Shown: piece after piece, positions 50,275-62,742 of the stretch
Layout of the letters: each line of letters opens with the position of its first letter
Numbering within the stretch: position 1 is the first letter of the stretch
Assembly: GCA_002269645.1 (NCBI GenBank)
Contig: NIVC01004053.1
Coordinates: 1 to 62,742 of the forward strand
From: Macrostomum lignano
Taxonomy: Eukaryota
DNA: 62,742 bases
Direction: 5' to 3'
Translations under genes and position numbers: made by a program
The notes under the pieces: model-generated
What the model was told of the DNA's origin: nothing
What the model saw: the letters and a program-made list of their open reading frames with translations, nothing else
Databases searched by the model: none

Positions 50275-50515
50275 GTATTGTAATTTAGGGTTAGTGTAAT
50301 TTAGAGTTAGTGTAATTTAGGGCTAGTGTAATTCAGGGCTAGTGTAATTCAGGGCTAGTGTAATTCAGGGCTAGTGTAATTCAGGGCTAGTGTAATTCAG
50401 GGCTAGTGTAATTCAGGGCTAGTGTAATTCAGGGCTAGTGTAATTCAGGGCTAGTGTAATTCAGGGCTAGTCTAATTCAGGGCTAGTCTAATTCAGGGCT
50501 AGTCTAATTCAGGGC
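50275..50515. repeat. 16-bp minisatellite (TAGTGTAATTCAGGGC)n
   Basis: Direct inspection. Confidence 0.96.
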
Positions 50516-51139
50516 AAGGGTCGGCAGTCAGTTGTCGCAGGCCCATCTTTAAAATCTTGCATTAGTGCAATTTATTTTTCATCTCCATTGCAATCACATT
50601 TTCTTCTTTTTAACTGCTGCTACTAGCCAGCAATATTTTTTGAGGCCAGGAAGTTAGGAGAAGCGCCTAGCAGACAGCTTAAAAATCTGTATTTTTGAAT
50701 TCCAGTTTTAACAATTCCGTAGCTTGCACTGAACTGTCTTGTATTATTTATCTCTCAGCTGGGTTGTGTCCTTCATATTTTCGTGACTTGTTCGCTATTT
50801 TAATTCCATAATATTTTATCAATGATATTAATGTTAGATTCCCGTAAAGTTCTGATAAACCATAGCGAATTTTTCACCTGTTCTTGCAGAAGTTGCACGT
50901 GTTTTATATATATTATGCATAAAGATTGTACGTTTTACACACCTTCATTTTTAGATAAGAACGGCATATACACACACTATAATTGTTGCTCATTGCAAAA
51001 TTTCATTACTTGGTTGGGCCTTTTGTCGAGTTATTTCTTTACTTGGTTAATTTTTTAAGCAATTTCTAGCTTCATCTTGAGCTATTATGTTTATTATGTG
51101 CATTTTAATGAATCCTTAGGATCCTAATTTGATAGACAT

Positions 51140-52030
51140 CACTTCTTGAGACTATAAGCACTCATTGAGGCTACGGACACTTCGGACACTTCTTCTACGG
51201 ACACTTCTTCTTGATACTATGGGCACTCATTGAGGCTACGGACACTTCTTGATACTATGGGCACTCATTGAGGCTACGGACACTTCTTGATACTATGGGC
51301 ACTCATTGAGGCTACGGACACTTCGGACACTTCTTCTACGGACACTTCTTCTTGATACTATGGGCACTCATTGAGGCTACGGACACTTCTTGATACTATG
51401 GGCACTCATTGAGGCTACGGACACTTCTTGATACTATGGGCACTCATTGAGGCTACGGACACTTCGGACACTTCTTCTACGGACACTTCTTCTTGATACT
51501 ATGGGCACTCATTGAGGCTACGGACACTTCTTGATACTATGGGCACTCATTGAGGCTACGGACACTTCTTGATACTATGGGCACTCATTGAGGCTACGGA
51601 CACTTCTTGATACTATGGGCACTCATTGAGGCTACGGACACTTCTTCTTGATACTATGGGCACTCATTGAGGCTACGGACACTTCTTGATACTATGGGCA
51701 CTCATTGAGGCTACGGACACTTCTTCTTGATACTATGGGCACTCATTGAGGCTACGGACACTTCTTGATACTATGGGCACTCATTGAGGCTACGGACACT
51801 TCTTGATACTATGGGCACTCATTGAGGCTACGGACACTTCTTGATACTATGGGCACTCATTGAGGCTACGGACACTTCTTGATACTATGGGCACTCATTG
51901 ATGTTATGGAATTTTCTTGAGACTATGGACACTCATTGAGACTATGGACACTCATTGAGACTATGGACACTCATTGAGACTATGGACACTCATTGAGACT
52001 ATGGACTTTTCTTGAGACTATGGACACTCA
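51140..52030. repeat. 38-bp minisatellite (GGACACTTCTTGATACTATGGGCACTCATTGAGGCTAC)n with a 141-bp higher-order unit, ending in a related ~20-bp array
   Basis: Direct inspection; variant TTCGGACAC at 51181, 51322, 51463. Confidence 0.96.
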
Positions 52031-53341
52031 TTGAGGACACAGTGCTACTGGATTCTGTGGACACTTCTAGACATTGTGAACACTTATTTAGGCTATTTTA
52101 TGGACACTTGATCACTTACGCTCAATATTCTACTCGTATCTTTAAACAGACCAATGCGATTCTTTTTCAACTCATGAATACGTGCTACTCACAGTAGTTA
52201 AATCATCCTAAAACAATTGGTATTTTCAGTTCAATGAATCGCTATCTAAATCCTCAGCAAAAGTGATCAAGGAGAATGGCGATATCCTTTAGCTTAGTTA
52301 ACTTTCCTCATCCCTAAAATTGGATAATTCCCTACACTCCAGATGAGCCATCCCAGGAGATTCTGCCCCCCCCCCGATCTGCTTGGCAACGGGGATAAAA
52401 AGATAGAAGACGCTAAGATGGCGTCTGCTATAGCCAAGCGTGACCCCTGCCCACATTTGATGAACTTCCTCTCTGTATTATTGGCCATTAAGCGCTTCCC
52501 AACTGCTATCAGTTTTAATTTCCGATGCCTTCTTTTACGAAGTTGTGCATTTATAGAATTCGCTTGGCGAGTAGGCTACGCCATCAGTTTTTAGCGTTGT
52601 TGTTAATTCGCTTGAACTGTAAATCTTGTACAGATTTTTGTAGATCTACATCTGCTCTCAGTCTCTATCAGATTTGCTTTTCCCTGGTGCAGATACAGAG
52701 ATAGAATGATGAGCTGGTGTGCACTGTACTCACCTGGCTAATCGGAAGTAATAAAATATTTGGCTAATATCCGGAATCTGGCGCTTAACTCATTCTACAT
52801 CAGCTTAACTGTCCTCTATCGTTATCCATTCTATGCCAGGCATAGTCCCTCTTCTCTATATGGGCGCAATCACTTAGGATTGAGGTCAGTCCCAGTCAGT
52901 GCAGCTGCATCATGATGCTGAGGATGATGAGGAACTGGACTGAACTGTGGAGTCGCTGGAATTGATGTCGCATATAGTGCATCAGACTGGTAATATCGGA
53001 TTGAGGTTAGCTCTGCATCACTTGCGCTGCGTGCATTATCGAATACAAGAGGCCACCCACTGGAAGCTGGAAATGCAGAAACACTATCGAGCCGAAGTAT
53101 CGGGCTTCGATTCCTGCCACATTAAGTAGAGAGCTCGTGCACGCGGGCCTGTCTTGTAATTCTCGCCTATGGGGTACAGTCAGGGCCGTTGTGTACCCTG
53201 TGTGAGCGAGAAACTCGAAATTCGAAAAAAAATTCGAAAGATTGCTGCGTAAAATTATATCATTTCGGCGTTGCAAATTGATAAATTGTTGCCTAAATTT
53301 AATATTCTTATTTTAATTTTAAATTACGAGTATTATTAAAA

Positions 53342-53645
53342 GGGGTTGTAGCCTACTGGTTAAAGCGTCGGACTCATGACTTGAATGTCGGGGGTTCGAT
53401 TCCCGATCCCACTGGAACAATTTGTGTCCTTGAGCAAGACACTTATCTCTGCATTGCTTCAGTTTACCCAGCTGTAAAATGGGTGCCAGCATTAACTGGG
53501 GTAATTGAGGGTGTGTGGCGACCTCCCAGTCCTTGGACTGAACAGCCGTACGCAGTCTTCAGATGCGCCGCGCAATAGCTGCGGCTGAGCTGTCGGTTGC
53601 ACATCTGACCCAATTGGGGCGGGTGTAATCAATCCAATATTATTA
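53342..53645 (+). mobile_element. SINE family A, full-length copy
   Basis: Head (here CTCATGA loop), CORE-like part, 3' end and ATT-rich tail. Confidence 0.9.
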
Positions 53646-54329
53646 GTAGTATTAATATTACCAGCTCCAGATTCTTTCCAGAACACAGTGTGCTAAAGCA
53701 GGTGGATTATTTTGAAGCTCTTTCTCATTTTGTTTCAACCCAGTGTCGGCTGCAATGGCCGGCTGGCTTGCGAGGTTATCCCATGGCGTGATTGAAGCGC
53801 ATGGCGCGATAATCCCTGTCAACATGCATCATCTATGTCTGTAGAATTTCTCTAGCTAAAAAATACTACCGATATGCATAGAAATAATATAGTAGAAAAA
53901 GACGAATTGTCAGACGGACGGCAGTCTTCCTGGATGAAGCTCTGCTGGAATCTGATTGGCTCAAAGCTTTGAGAAGCCCTGATATTGGATTGGCTCAGAT
54001 CCTGCTAAGAATCTTGACTTTATATGTTTGGTTAGATGCAGATGCATATGGCCAGCGGGTATTATTTTCCACCTGACTACCTCAGTGTTCCAGATACAGC
54101 TTTGCATTTGATTAGCTGCACCTAGCTGCAACTCCAGGTTTGTTTCCACAGTTTGGAATGCGGCTCATTTCCTGAGTATTGACGAACTTTTACAAATATG
54201 TTTTTGTGTCTGTCTGTCTATCTATTTGCCTGTGTTTGTGTCTGTCTGCGTCTGTATGTCTGCCTGTCTCTCTGTCTGTTCTTCTGTCCTAATTTCTATC
54301 TTAGTATCTTTCTGAATGTCTCTCTTATA

Positions 54330-55110
54330 ATCTGCCTTAGTGTCTGTCTTAGTGTCTATCGTAGTGTCTGTCTCAGTGTCTGTCTTAATGTCTGTCTTAG
54401 TTTCTGTCTTAGTGTCTGTCTCAGTGTCTGTCTTAGTGTCTGTCTTAGTTTCTGCCTTAGTGTCTGTCTCAGTGTCTGTCTTAGTGTCTGTCTTAGTTTC
54501 TGCCTTAGTGTCTGTCTCAGTGTCTGTCTTAGTGTCTGTCTCAGTGTCTGTCTTAGTGTCTGTCTTAGTTTCTGTCTTAGTGTCTGTCTCAGTGTCTGTC
54601 TTAGTGTCTGTCTTAGTTTCTGTCTTAGTGTCTGTCTCAGTGTCTGTCTTAGTGTCTGTCTTAGTTTCTGCCTTAGTGTCTGTCTCAGTGTCTGTCTTAG
54701 TGTCTGTCTCAGTGTCTGCCTTAGTGTCTGTCTCAGTGTCTGTCTTAGTGTCTGTCTTAATGTCTGTCTCAGTGTCTGTCTTAGTGTCTGTCCCAGTGTG
54801 TCTTAGTGTCTGTCTTAGTTTCTGTCTTAGTGTCTGTCCCAGTGTGTCTTAGTGTCTGTTTCAGTGTCTGTCTTAGTGTCTGTCCCAGTGTCTGTCTTAG
54901 TTTCTGTCTTAGTTTGTCTTAGTGTCTGTCTCAGTGTCTGTCTTAGTGTCTGTCCCAGTGTGTCTTAGTGTCTGTCTCAGTGTCTGTCTCAGTTTCTGTC
55001 TTAGTGTCTGTCTTAGTTTGTCTCAGTGTCTGTCTTAGTGTCTGTCTCAGTCTGTCTCAGTGTCTTCCTAGTTTCTGTCTTAGTATCTGTCTTAGTTTCT
55101 GTCTTAGTGT
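54330..55110. repeat. 12-bp minisatellite (TTAGTGTCTGTC)n
   Basis: Direct inspection. Confidence 0.96.
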
Positions 55111-55659
55111 CTGTCTATCTGCCTGTCTGTCTGCCCGTCTCTCTATCTGTTTATAGTTCAAACAAATCATTTATCGATTTTCTGCACAACTACGAACTAA
55201 TTACATCTAGATCCACCCACTCCAGGCGTCCACAGGGATGCATATATAAGTACTTTTTAGAACAAAGCAATTCAAAAAATGTAAGCTAATATAATGTAAA
55301 GTGCAGTTTTTCAATTTCTCAGAATAAAGAGGAGCCTTTCGAGACTAACCTTTGGCTTGGCGGCGAGATTCACTTCTTTGTATTTTACGCGCAAAATCTT
55401 CACACCTACAAGTACCGTGAATTCGGCAAACACCGTTGACGCACGGGGGTGTTTGAGCACGCATTTCCAGATTTACTATTCTTAAGCGCTGGAAAATCTC
55501 GAGCCGTGAATTGTTTGTCAATTGATTTCAAGATTTCCAGTTTCAATTATTTACAAAAGGAAATTTGAAATTCGAGTGGACTCAGCTGAGAGCTGGAAGC
55601 AGGTGGCAGCGATAGGCGACCCAGCCTAGGCTGAACTTGCTGCATGCAATGAAACACTA

Positions 55660-56380
55660 AGGGTAGAATAGAACGAAACAGAGAATGAAGTGTAGGGTAG
55701 AATAGAGAACGGTGACTAAAATAGAGTGGAACATAGAAGGCATAAATAGGTAGGAATAGGGTGGAACACAGGGGTAGAATAGAGTGGAATATAGGTGTTG
55801 AATAGAATGGAACACAGGGGTAGAATAGAATGAAACACAGCTGGTAGAATAGAATGAAACACAGGGTAGAATGGAATGGAACACAGGGGGTAGAATAGAA
55901 TGGAAAACAAGAGTAGAATAGAATGGAACACAAGGGTAGAATAGAAAGGAACACAAAGGTAGAATAGAATGGAACACAGGGGTTAGAATAGAATGGAACA
56001 CAGGGGGTAGAATAGAATGGAACACAGGGGTTAGAATAGAATGGAACACAGGGGGTAGAATAGAATGGAACACAGGGGGTAGAATAGAATGGAACACGGG
56101 GGGTAGAATAGAAAGGAACACAAGGGTAGAATAGAATGGAACACAGGGAGTAGAATAGAATGGAACACAAAGGTAGAATAGAAAGGAAAACAAGGGTAGA
56201 ATAGAATGGAACACGGGGGTAGAATAGAAAGGAACACAAGGGTAGAATAGAATGGAACACAGGGAGTAGAATAGAATGGAACACAAAGGTAGAATAGAAA
56301 GGAAAACAAGGGTAGAATAGAATGGAACACAAGGGGGTAGAATAGAATGGAACACAGGGGGTAGAATAGAATACAATAAA
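55660..56380. repeat. 22-24-bp minisatellite (GGGTAGAATAGAATGGAACACA)n just upstream of the GPCR ATG
   Basis: Direct inspection. Confidence 0.96.
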
Positions 56381-56446
56381 TACAGAAGGTAGAAGAGAAC
56401 CTAAAAGCTTGCTAAATCCACCAAACTCATCTGCACCCTCAGAGAG

Positions 56447-59400
56447 ATGTCCATCTGCGGCAACATCAGCGAGGCAGCTGACGGAGAGCCGCCCGCGGCC
56501 CCTGCATCCCCTGAGGAGGCGGCGGTGAGGTCGGCGATGCAACTGAGCATCATCGCTGTCACCCCGGTGCTGTCTCTATTCGGCGTGGCAGCCAACGCTG
56601 TTAACATCGCCGTTCTAACAAGAAAATGGATGGCCTCGTCCACTAACTACTACTTGACAGCGTTAGCAGTAACAGATATAGTATATCTGTGCCTATTCTA
56701 TCTGATCACGGTGAAATTCTATCCGGGAGTGAGCCGATTGGCTTGGTTCGCCTACCTACTGGCCGGGATGTTCCCTCTGGCTAATCTGCTGAGCAATTTC
56801 GCCACCTGGCTCACCTGTTTCTTCACCTTCGAACGCTGGGTGGTGGTGCACAACCCATGCTGGGCAGGCGGCACTGCAGTCCTAGCAGGGCCAAGCAGAC
56901 CATCGCCATCATCTTCCTGGCCGCTCTGCTGTTCACTTTGCCGAACTTCTTCGAGTACAAGGTGACCCAGCGGCTGGTGAACGGCACTGTTGAGTATTCA
57001 CTTGGCAAGACCGCAGCCTACGGCCGGCTGCTCAAGGCCGGCTATTATCACATCACCCCGACTGTGTTCATATTCGGTCCGCTGCTGTTCCTCATCGTGT
57101 TCAACTCGCTGCTCATCTGCAGCGTCCTGCGGGCCAAGAAGCGGCAGGCTCGGCTCAGCGCGGTGGCCACTCTGCCGATGTCGCCGACTTCAACTGAACT
57201 GAAGCAGCAGCAGGTGGGTAACGTGGGTTGTGCAGAACTCATGGAGAAGGGGGCGGATAAGTGTGGGGAGTGTGGCATGGAGGAGGGGACGGGGAAGTGC
57301 GGGGAGTGTGGCATGGAGGAGGGGACGGGCAAGTGCGGGGAGTGTGGCATGGAGGAGAGGACGGGCAAGTGCGGGGAGTGTGGCATGGAGGAGGGGATGG
57401 GAAAGTGCGGGGAGTGTGGCATGGAGGAGGGGATGGGGAAGTGCGGGGAGTGTGGCATGGAGGAGGGGATGGGAAAGTGCGGGGAGTGTGGCATGGAGGA
57501 GGGGATGGGGAAGTGCGGGGAGTGTGGCATGGAGGAGGGGATGGGGAAGTGCGGGGAGTGTGGCATGGAGGAGGGGATGGGGAAGTGTGGGGAGTGTGGC
57601 ATGGAGGAGGGGATGGGGAAGTGCTGGGAGTGTGGCATGGAGGAGGGGATGGGGAAGTGTGGGGAGTGTGGCATGGAGGAGGGGATGGGGAAGTGCGGGG
57701 AGTGTGGCATGGAGGAGGGATGGGGAAGTGCGGGGAGTGTGGCATGGAGGAGGGGATGGGGAAGTGCGGGGAGTGTGGCATGGAGGAGGGGATGGGGAAG
57801 TGCGGGGAGTGTGGCATGGAGGAGGGGACGGGCAAGTGCGGGGAGTGTGGCATGGAGGAGGGGATGGGGAAGTGCGGGGAGTGTGGCATGGAGGAGGGGA
57901 CGGGCAAGTGTGGGGAGTGTGGCATGGAGGAGGGGATGGGGAAGTGTGGGGAGTGTGGCATGGAGGAGGGGATGGGGAAGTGTGGGGAGTGTGGCATGGA
58001 GGAGGGGATGGGGAAGTGCGGGGAGTGTGGCATGGAGGAGGGGATGGGGAAGTGTGGGGAGTGTGGCATGGAGGAGGGGATGGGGAAGTGTGGGGAGTGT
58101 GGCATGGAGGAGGGAATGGGGAAGTGTGGGGAGTGTGGCATGGAGGAGGGGACGGCAAGTGCGGGGAGTGTGGCATGGAGGAGGGGACGGGCAAGTGTGG
58201 GGAGTGTGGCATGGAGGAGGGGACGGGCAAGTGCGGGGAGTGTGGCATGGAGGAGGGGATGGGGAAGTGCGGGGAGTGTGGCATGGAGGAGGGGATGGGA
58301 AGTGTGGGGAGTGTGGCATGAAGGAGGGGATGGGAAGTGTGGGGAGTGTGGCATGGAGGAGGGGACGGGCAAGTGTGGGGAGTGTGGCATGAAGGAGGGG
58401 ATGGGAAGTGTGGGGAGTGTGGCATGGAGGAGGGGATGGGAAGTGTGGGGAGTGTGGCATGGAGGAGGGGATGGGAAGTGTGGGGAGTGTGGCATGGAGG
58501 AGGGGACGGGCAAGTGCGGGGAGTGTGGCATGGAGGAGGGGACGGCAAGTGTGGGGAGTGTGGCATGGAGGAGGGGATGGGAAGTGTGGGGAGTGTGGCA
58601 TGGAGGAGGGGATGGGAAGTGTGGGGAGTGTGGCATGGAGGAGGGGATGGGAAGTGTGGGGAGTGTGGCATGGAGGAGGGGACGGGCAAGTGGAATAATC
58701 AATCAGAGCAAGTCTGGTTGCTGTGGCACAAGGATATTTGGCATCATGCGTGGAGGTAGTACTTATGTTTGTGAGGAGGTACCGCCCTAGTAAGAAGCTT
58801 ACGAGGCCGCATTGAGGCTCAGCAATCTTGCAAACACACACACGCAACAACAGCGTCGTCGACAGTCATCAGCCGTTACCATGACAACGTCGGTTGAGAC
58901 GGCGGCAGCCGGACGAAGCGGCAGCAGTCGCCGGATCCGCTATTCGCAGCCGCAGCTGCAGGTGCCCGCAGCGATTGCTGCAGCAGCTGCGGCGACAGCC
59001 AATCAGCGTCGGTATCGGCCTGGCGGCGCGGGCTCCGAGCAGCAGAAGGTGACGGTGATGCTCATTGCTGTGGTCATCGTCTTCTGCCTCTGCCAGCTGC
59101 CGTCGGCCGCGCTGACACTGTTGAAAACTGTCGCCGATCAGCGTCGCGATTCTAAGAAATGCAACAGCGCACCCGACAACGAGAGCGACGCCGAGACGCC
59201 GAGGCCAACCACGCTGTCGGCTTCGTCAACATTCGACCTGGTGGCCCCGGCCGTGGTGAACCTGCTCCTGCTGGTTAATGCAGCCTGCAACTTCGTTCTG
59301 TACTCCTGCTTCTCCACTAAATTTCGCGACACGTTCCGTCAGCTGTTTCTGGCCAGATGCGCGGCGGAGGAGGAGCGTCGGCGCCGGCGGCGACGGTCTT

Positions 59401-59630
59401 CTGGCGTCGGCGGCGTCGGCGTTCGACAGGTTGTAGTTCCGGGACAAAATCGACCAGGCGCTGCAACGAGTCGGGCTGGCAGCAGCGCGGCGAGGGAAGA
59501 CAGCCGGCCAAGCCTCGTTGAGGAGGAAGAGGAGGAAGAGAAGCAGAAGAGCCAGATCGAAGACGCTGCAAACCTTGACGAGATCCATAAGGTCGTTTTG
59601 TCGCCCAAAAGTCGCCGGGTGTCGTTTTGA
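56447..59630 (+). CDS. Rhodopsin-family peptide GPCR (FMRFamide/proctolin receptor-like), exons 56447-57213 and ~58854-59630, with a 1-nt deletion frameshift at 56854-56856
   Basis: TM1-2 ANAVNIAVLTRKWMASSTNYYLTALAVTD, TM3 FTFERW, TM4 FTLPNFFEY, TM5 FIFGPLLFLIVFNSLL, TM6 KVTVMLIAVVIVFCLCQLP, TM7 VNAACNFVLY. One extra C in AACCCATG restores the frame. Donor CAG|GTGGGT at 57213; acceptor choice uncertain. Confidence 0.85.
57255..58690. repeat. 35/36-bp G-rich minisatellite (GGGGAGTGTGGCATGGAGGAGGGGATGGGGAAGTGC)n, GPCR intron
   Basis: Direct inspection. Confidence 0.97.
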
Positions 59631-59694
59631 AACCAAACCTGTTAGACTGAATTTTCTCAAGGGATTGATTTTTGCAAATCTATTATCTGTACAA

Positions 59695-59700
59695 AATAAA
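59695..59700 (+). terminator. Candidate polyadenylation signal of the GPCR
   Basis: AATAAA ~65 nt after the stop. Confidence 0.5.
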
Positions 59701-61134
59701 GCATGCCATTAGGGGAGCTGTTATCTCATTACTCCACAATTATTGTGTTTATATTCTAATTGGAAGTTTATAAATCCCATAAAAATACTAATGCAGCTTT
59801 TTGTTTACATAGCTACTAAGTATGCAAATAGCCTTCCCCTAAAGGCGTGTTCGATCTCATTTAAACTATTTCCTGGATTACGTACATATCATAAATTCAA
59901 AAAATAAATATCTTAAGCTCGTATTAATTATTATAGAAATTTAAACGTTATTTTAAATCATTAATAATACCAAAATAATATCATGAAAACCAAAGATAAT
60001 GTGTTGGAAATTGTTGTATCGATTTTTGTTGAAATAATCAATCGCTTGTACATACGAGTGTATTTACACACGCGAATTTTACTAGAGGCCGGTTTCTATG
60101 CAATATATTTATTACACTCGTGTGCTGTAAAAATGTCTTGTTGTAGATGAATATTCAGTTTTTTCTTTGGCGCGTATTTCTGTTGTAAAAAGTTGTACCT
60201 ATTCAGGATTATTTTACGGATAAATTTACCATTTGTTATATTTGTTGGTAATTCATCTATATATTTGTTAATATATTTAATATAATATCTGATTAGATAA
60301 TAGAAATAACCTTGTAATTAAAACTGTTTTTTCAAACTACTATTAATAGCTTGAAAAGTTAATTTTCGTTTGCTTGTTCCTTTTGTCATTTAATATGCGT
60401 TTAGACAATTAGTAGACGGTAGCTGTGCAGTTTAACTAAACCCGAATTTAAATAAACGTGGATTTGCGTGAATATGTAATTTAGTCTGAAATTTAACCCT
60501 ATACACTAAAATGGTTGGTCATTTAGCAAAAACAGGTGCAATGTACCCAGGAATTTTTTATTTTAATATTCAAAATGTAATCAAATTTGTTGACCTTAAG
60601 TCAGCAAGCTTTTTGGCACAGATACCGAGTCACAAAGCCAATTTCGATAATTGTAGTTTTTTCGATGGGTACAAGTTGATGTATCTGAATTATCGGTCAT
60701 CTTTTAAATGATAACCTTGATGTCCCTCAGTTGTTTCCTTGGCTTTAAATGGATGAAATTAATTACATATCTGACTTGACTCATCAGTGTTTTTGTCCGT
60801 TTGTCCATAAAAAGGGGCGTTTCCTCTTGACAGCCAGGAAATCAATAAAAATCCGTTACGCCTTGTTTCAACAATTATGAGTATCACCCACGCAAAGCTT
60901 GTGTCGGTTTTCACGCACGCCCACGTCAGAAGTCCCCGTGTGCAACTGTACAGCTGTAACTCAAGCCCCAGTCTGCTTTCAAGTCGACCTCCAAGGAAGT
61001 ATCCAGTTCAAGTGAGCATTGGGTGAGTTCACAGCAAAATTAGTGATGTAGCGCTGTATAAATGTGACAGCCGAAAAACTTTCACCTTACATTTTATTAA
61101 GCCTAAGAAAACTTACAACCCTGTCATCCAAAAA

Positions 61135-62627
61135 ATGTCGGACAATGCCTCCTCGGACACGACCTTGGCCGGCCTGGCCGCTCGCATGGACGCGACCGAT
61201 CAGTCGTTGAACGATTTTTTCCTGTGCACGATGGCCATCGTGATCTACTTTATGCAGTGCGGCTTCGCCTTCCTGGAGGCTGGCGCTGTCCGATCGAAGA
61301 ATGCCACCAACATTCTGATTAAGAATATTTTGGATTCGTGTGAGAGCTCTGTGTTTTTCTTATGCTTTCGTTTTCATGCAGATTAGAAAGTTAGGGCTGC
61401 TGTACACCCTGTGTGAGCGTGTGTGTGAGTGCGTGCCACACAGAAGATTATTGTCAGGCTATCATTAAGTAACGGCGAAGATCAGAGACTAAAAGTTAAC
61501 TACTTAAAGCAGGGGTCGGCAAACTCTGGACCGCGGGCCACATGCGGCCCTCCAAGCCTCTCTACCCGGCCCTCGGGTCCTTTGAAACTTCGCCATAGCA
61601 ATCCGGCCCGCTCAGGGTTTGTGTCTCTTCTCAGCTCTCTTCTCGCCCGCTCTCCTATTCTCTCCTTCTCTCCCCTCTCTCGTCTTCTGGTCCCTGATAG
61701 AGACCAGGTAATTGAATTTTTAGCGGCCCACAATACGAGCGAACCTCAAAAATAGCAATGCAAATAAGGGCCTGATTGTATTTTCTATTGATAATAACAA
61801 CTATAAATTCATGACATAAAATTTTCACTCCCAATCGCAAATTATAACAGTCATAGGCGGCATTGCCTACTATCTGATTGGCTACGCTTTGGCATTCGGG
61901 AGCCGGGCAATCTGTTCTGCGGCGGCGGTCACTGGGCGCTGAGCCGGCTGCCTGCCACCAGCTACTCCGCGTGCTGTTCCAGTTCATGTTCGCCGCCACA
62001 GCCGCCACCATCGTGAGCGGAGCGGTGGCCGAGAGATGCGAGTTCACCGCTTACCTTGCCTATACGGCCTTCATCACTGGTGAGTCTGGAGCCATGGATG
62101 ATGGGATGAAAGGGCTTGACAACTTAAGCTCATTAAGTGGAGGCCGGAGTAACCTATGTAGACAAATGATGCGTGATTCTGCTCACAGTGAAGCCAGGAA
62201 GCAAAGACAGCTCAGCTGCAGCTATTGTGCGGCGCATCTAAAGGCTGCGTACGGCTGTTCAGTCCAAGGACTGGGGGGTCGCCACTCACACCCTCAGTTA
62301 CCCCAGCTAATGCTGGCACCTATTTTACAGCTGGGTGAACTGAAGCAATGAAGAGTTAAGTGTCTTGCTCAAGGACACAAACTGTTTCGAGTGGTTTGAG
62401 AATCGAACCCCCGACCTTTCAGTCGGGACGAAGAATTGCATGATAGCACCCGACAAGTTTTGTGCACAAGCCATAAATTAATGTGTTTGACAGACGACAG
62501 ATCACGCTCGATTTGCAGGCTTCATCTATCCGTGGTGACGCACTGGGCTTGGACTCCAACAGGCTGCTGGCCAAAGGCATCGACATCACGTATGGCGACG
62601 GGACAAACCATTCACTCCACTTACCAG
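61135..62627 (+). CDS. amt: Ammonium transporter (Amt family), 5' part; exons 61135-61339, 61851-62079, 62519-62627; runs off the window; at least 4 frameshifts
   Basis: [59 protein letters not shown]|FIYP.VTHWAW are diagnostic Amt motifs; canonical splice sites. Confidence 0.9.
61510..61620 (+). mobile_element. One end of a hAT/Charlie-type MITE in Amt intron 1
   Basis: CAGGGGTCGGCAAAC...GCGGGCCACATGCGGCCC is a typical Charlie-like terminus; matching other end not found. Confidence 0.6.
62206..62425 (-). mobile_element. SINE family A copy in Amt intron 2
   Basis: Matches family A body; both ends truncated. Confidence 0.88.
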
Positions 62628-62742
62628 GTGGGTGGACCTCCATCTGGATTGTGGTGCAGAGATTAGGCGAACCTGGGGATTTTGGGATTTTCGTTGGGGA
62701 AGAGGTTTCTAGGGAATTTTAGCATCACACCGCCGAATCACT

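Noticed and set aside
50255-50300. Interstitial telomere (TTAGGG)
   Set aside because: Only a few isolated TTAGGG at the degenerate edge of a 16-bp array.
53342-53415. tRNA gene
   Set aside because: Head of SINE A: no paired acceptor stem, and it continues into the shared SINE body; the same holds for other copies and SINE B.

Overview
Eukaryotic (metazoan) genomic DNA. GC-rich exons, AT-rich intergenic DNA and minisatellite-filled introns suggest a flatworm, possibly Macrostomum-like; this is inference only. Five genes could be reconstructed by hand with canonical GT-AG junctions: a 9-exon acetylcholinesterase (minus, 11041-23635, ~667 aa, intact triad), UBAP1 (minus, 26596-29034), a voltage-gated Ca2+ channel beta subunit (plus, 36977-48789), an FMRFamide/proctolin-receptor-like GPCR (plus, 56447-59630, one 1-nt frameshift) and the 5' part of an ammonium transporter (plus, from 61135, several 1-nt frameshifts). 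There is also a candidate 3' end of an unrecognised spliced gene (minus, 804-2314) that could be joined to a Crypton/DUF3504-like ORF. About one third of the window (~20 kb, hand estimate) is ~26 tandem arrays, almost all with a locus-private unit, and 14 of 16 introns of the four complete genes carry one. Mobile DNA includes two tRNA-derived SINE families, several MITEs with intact TSDs, and decayed Gypsy, hAT, mariner, Crypton and probable LINE remnants. No CRISPR array, rRNA or bona fide tRNA gene was seen. Repeat boundaries are approximate; nothing was checked by database search.
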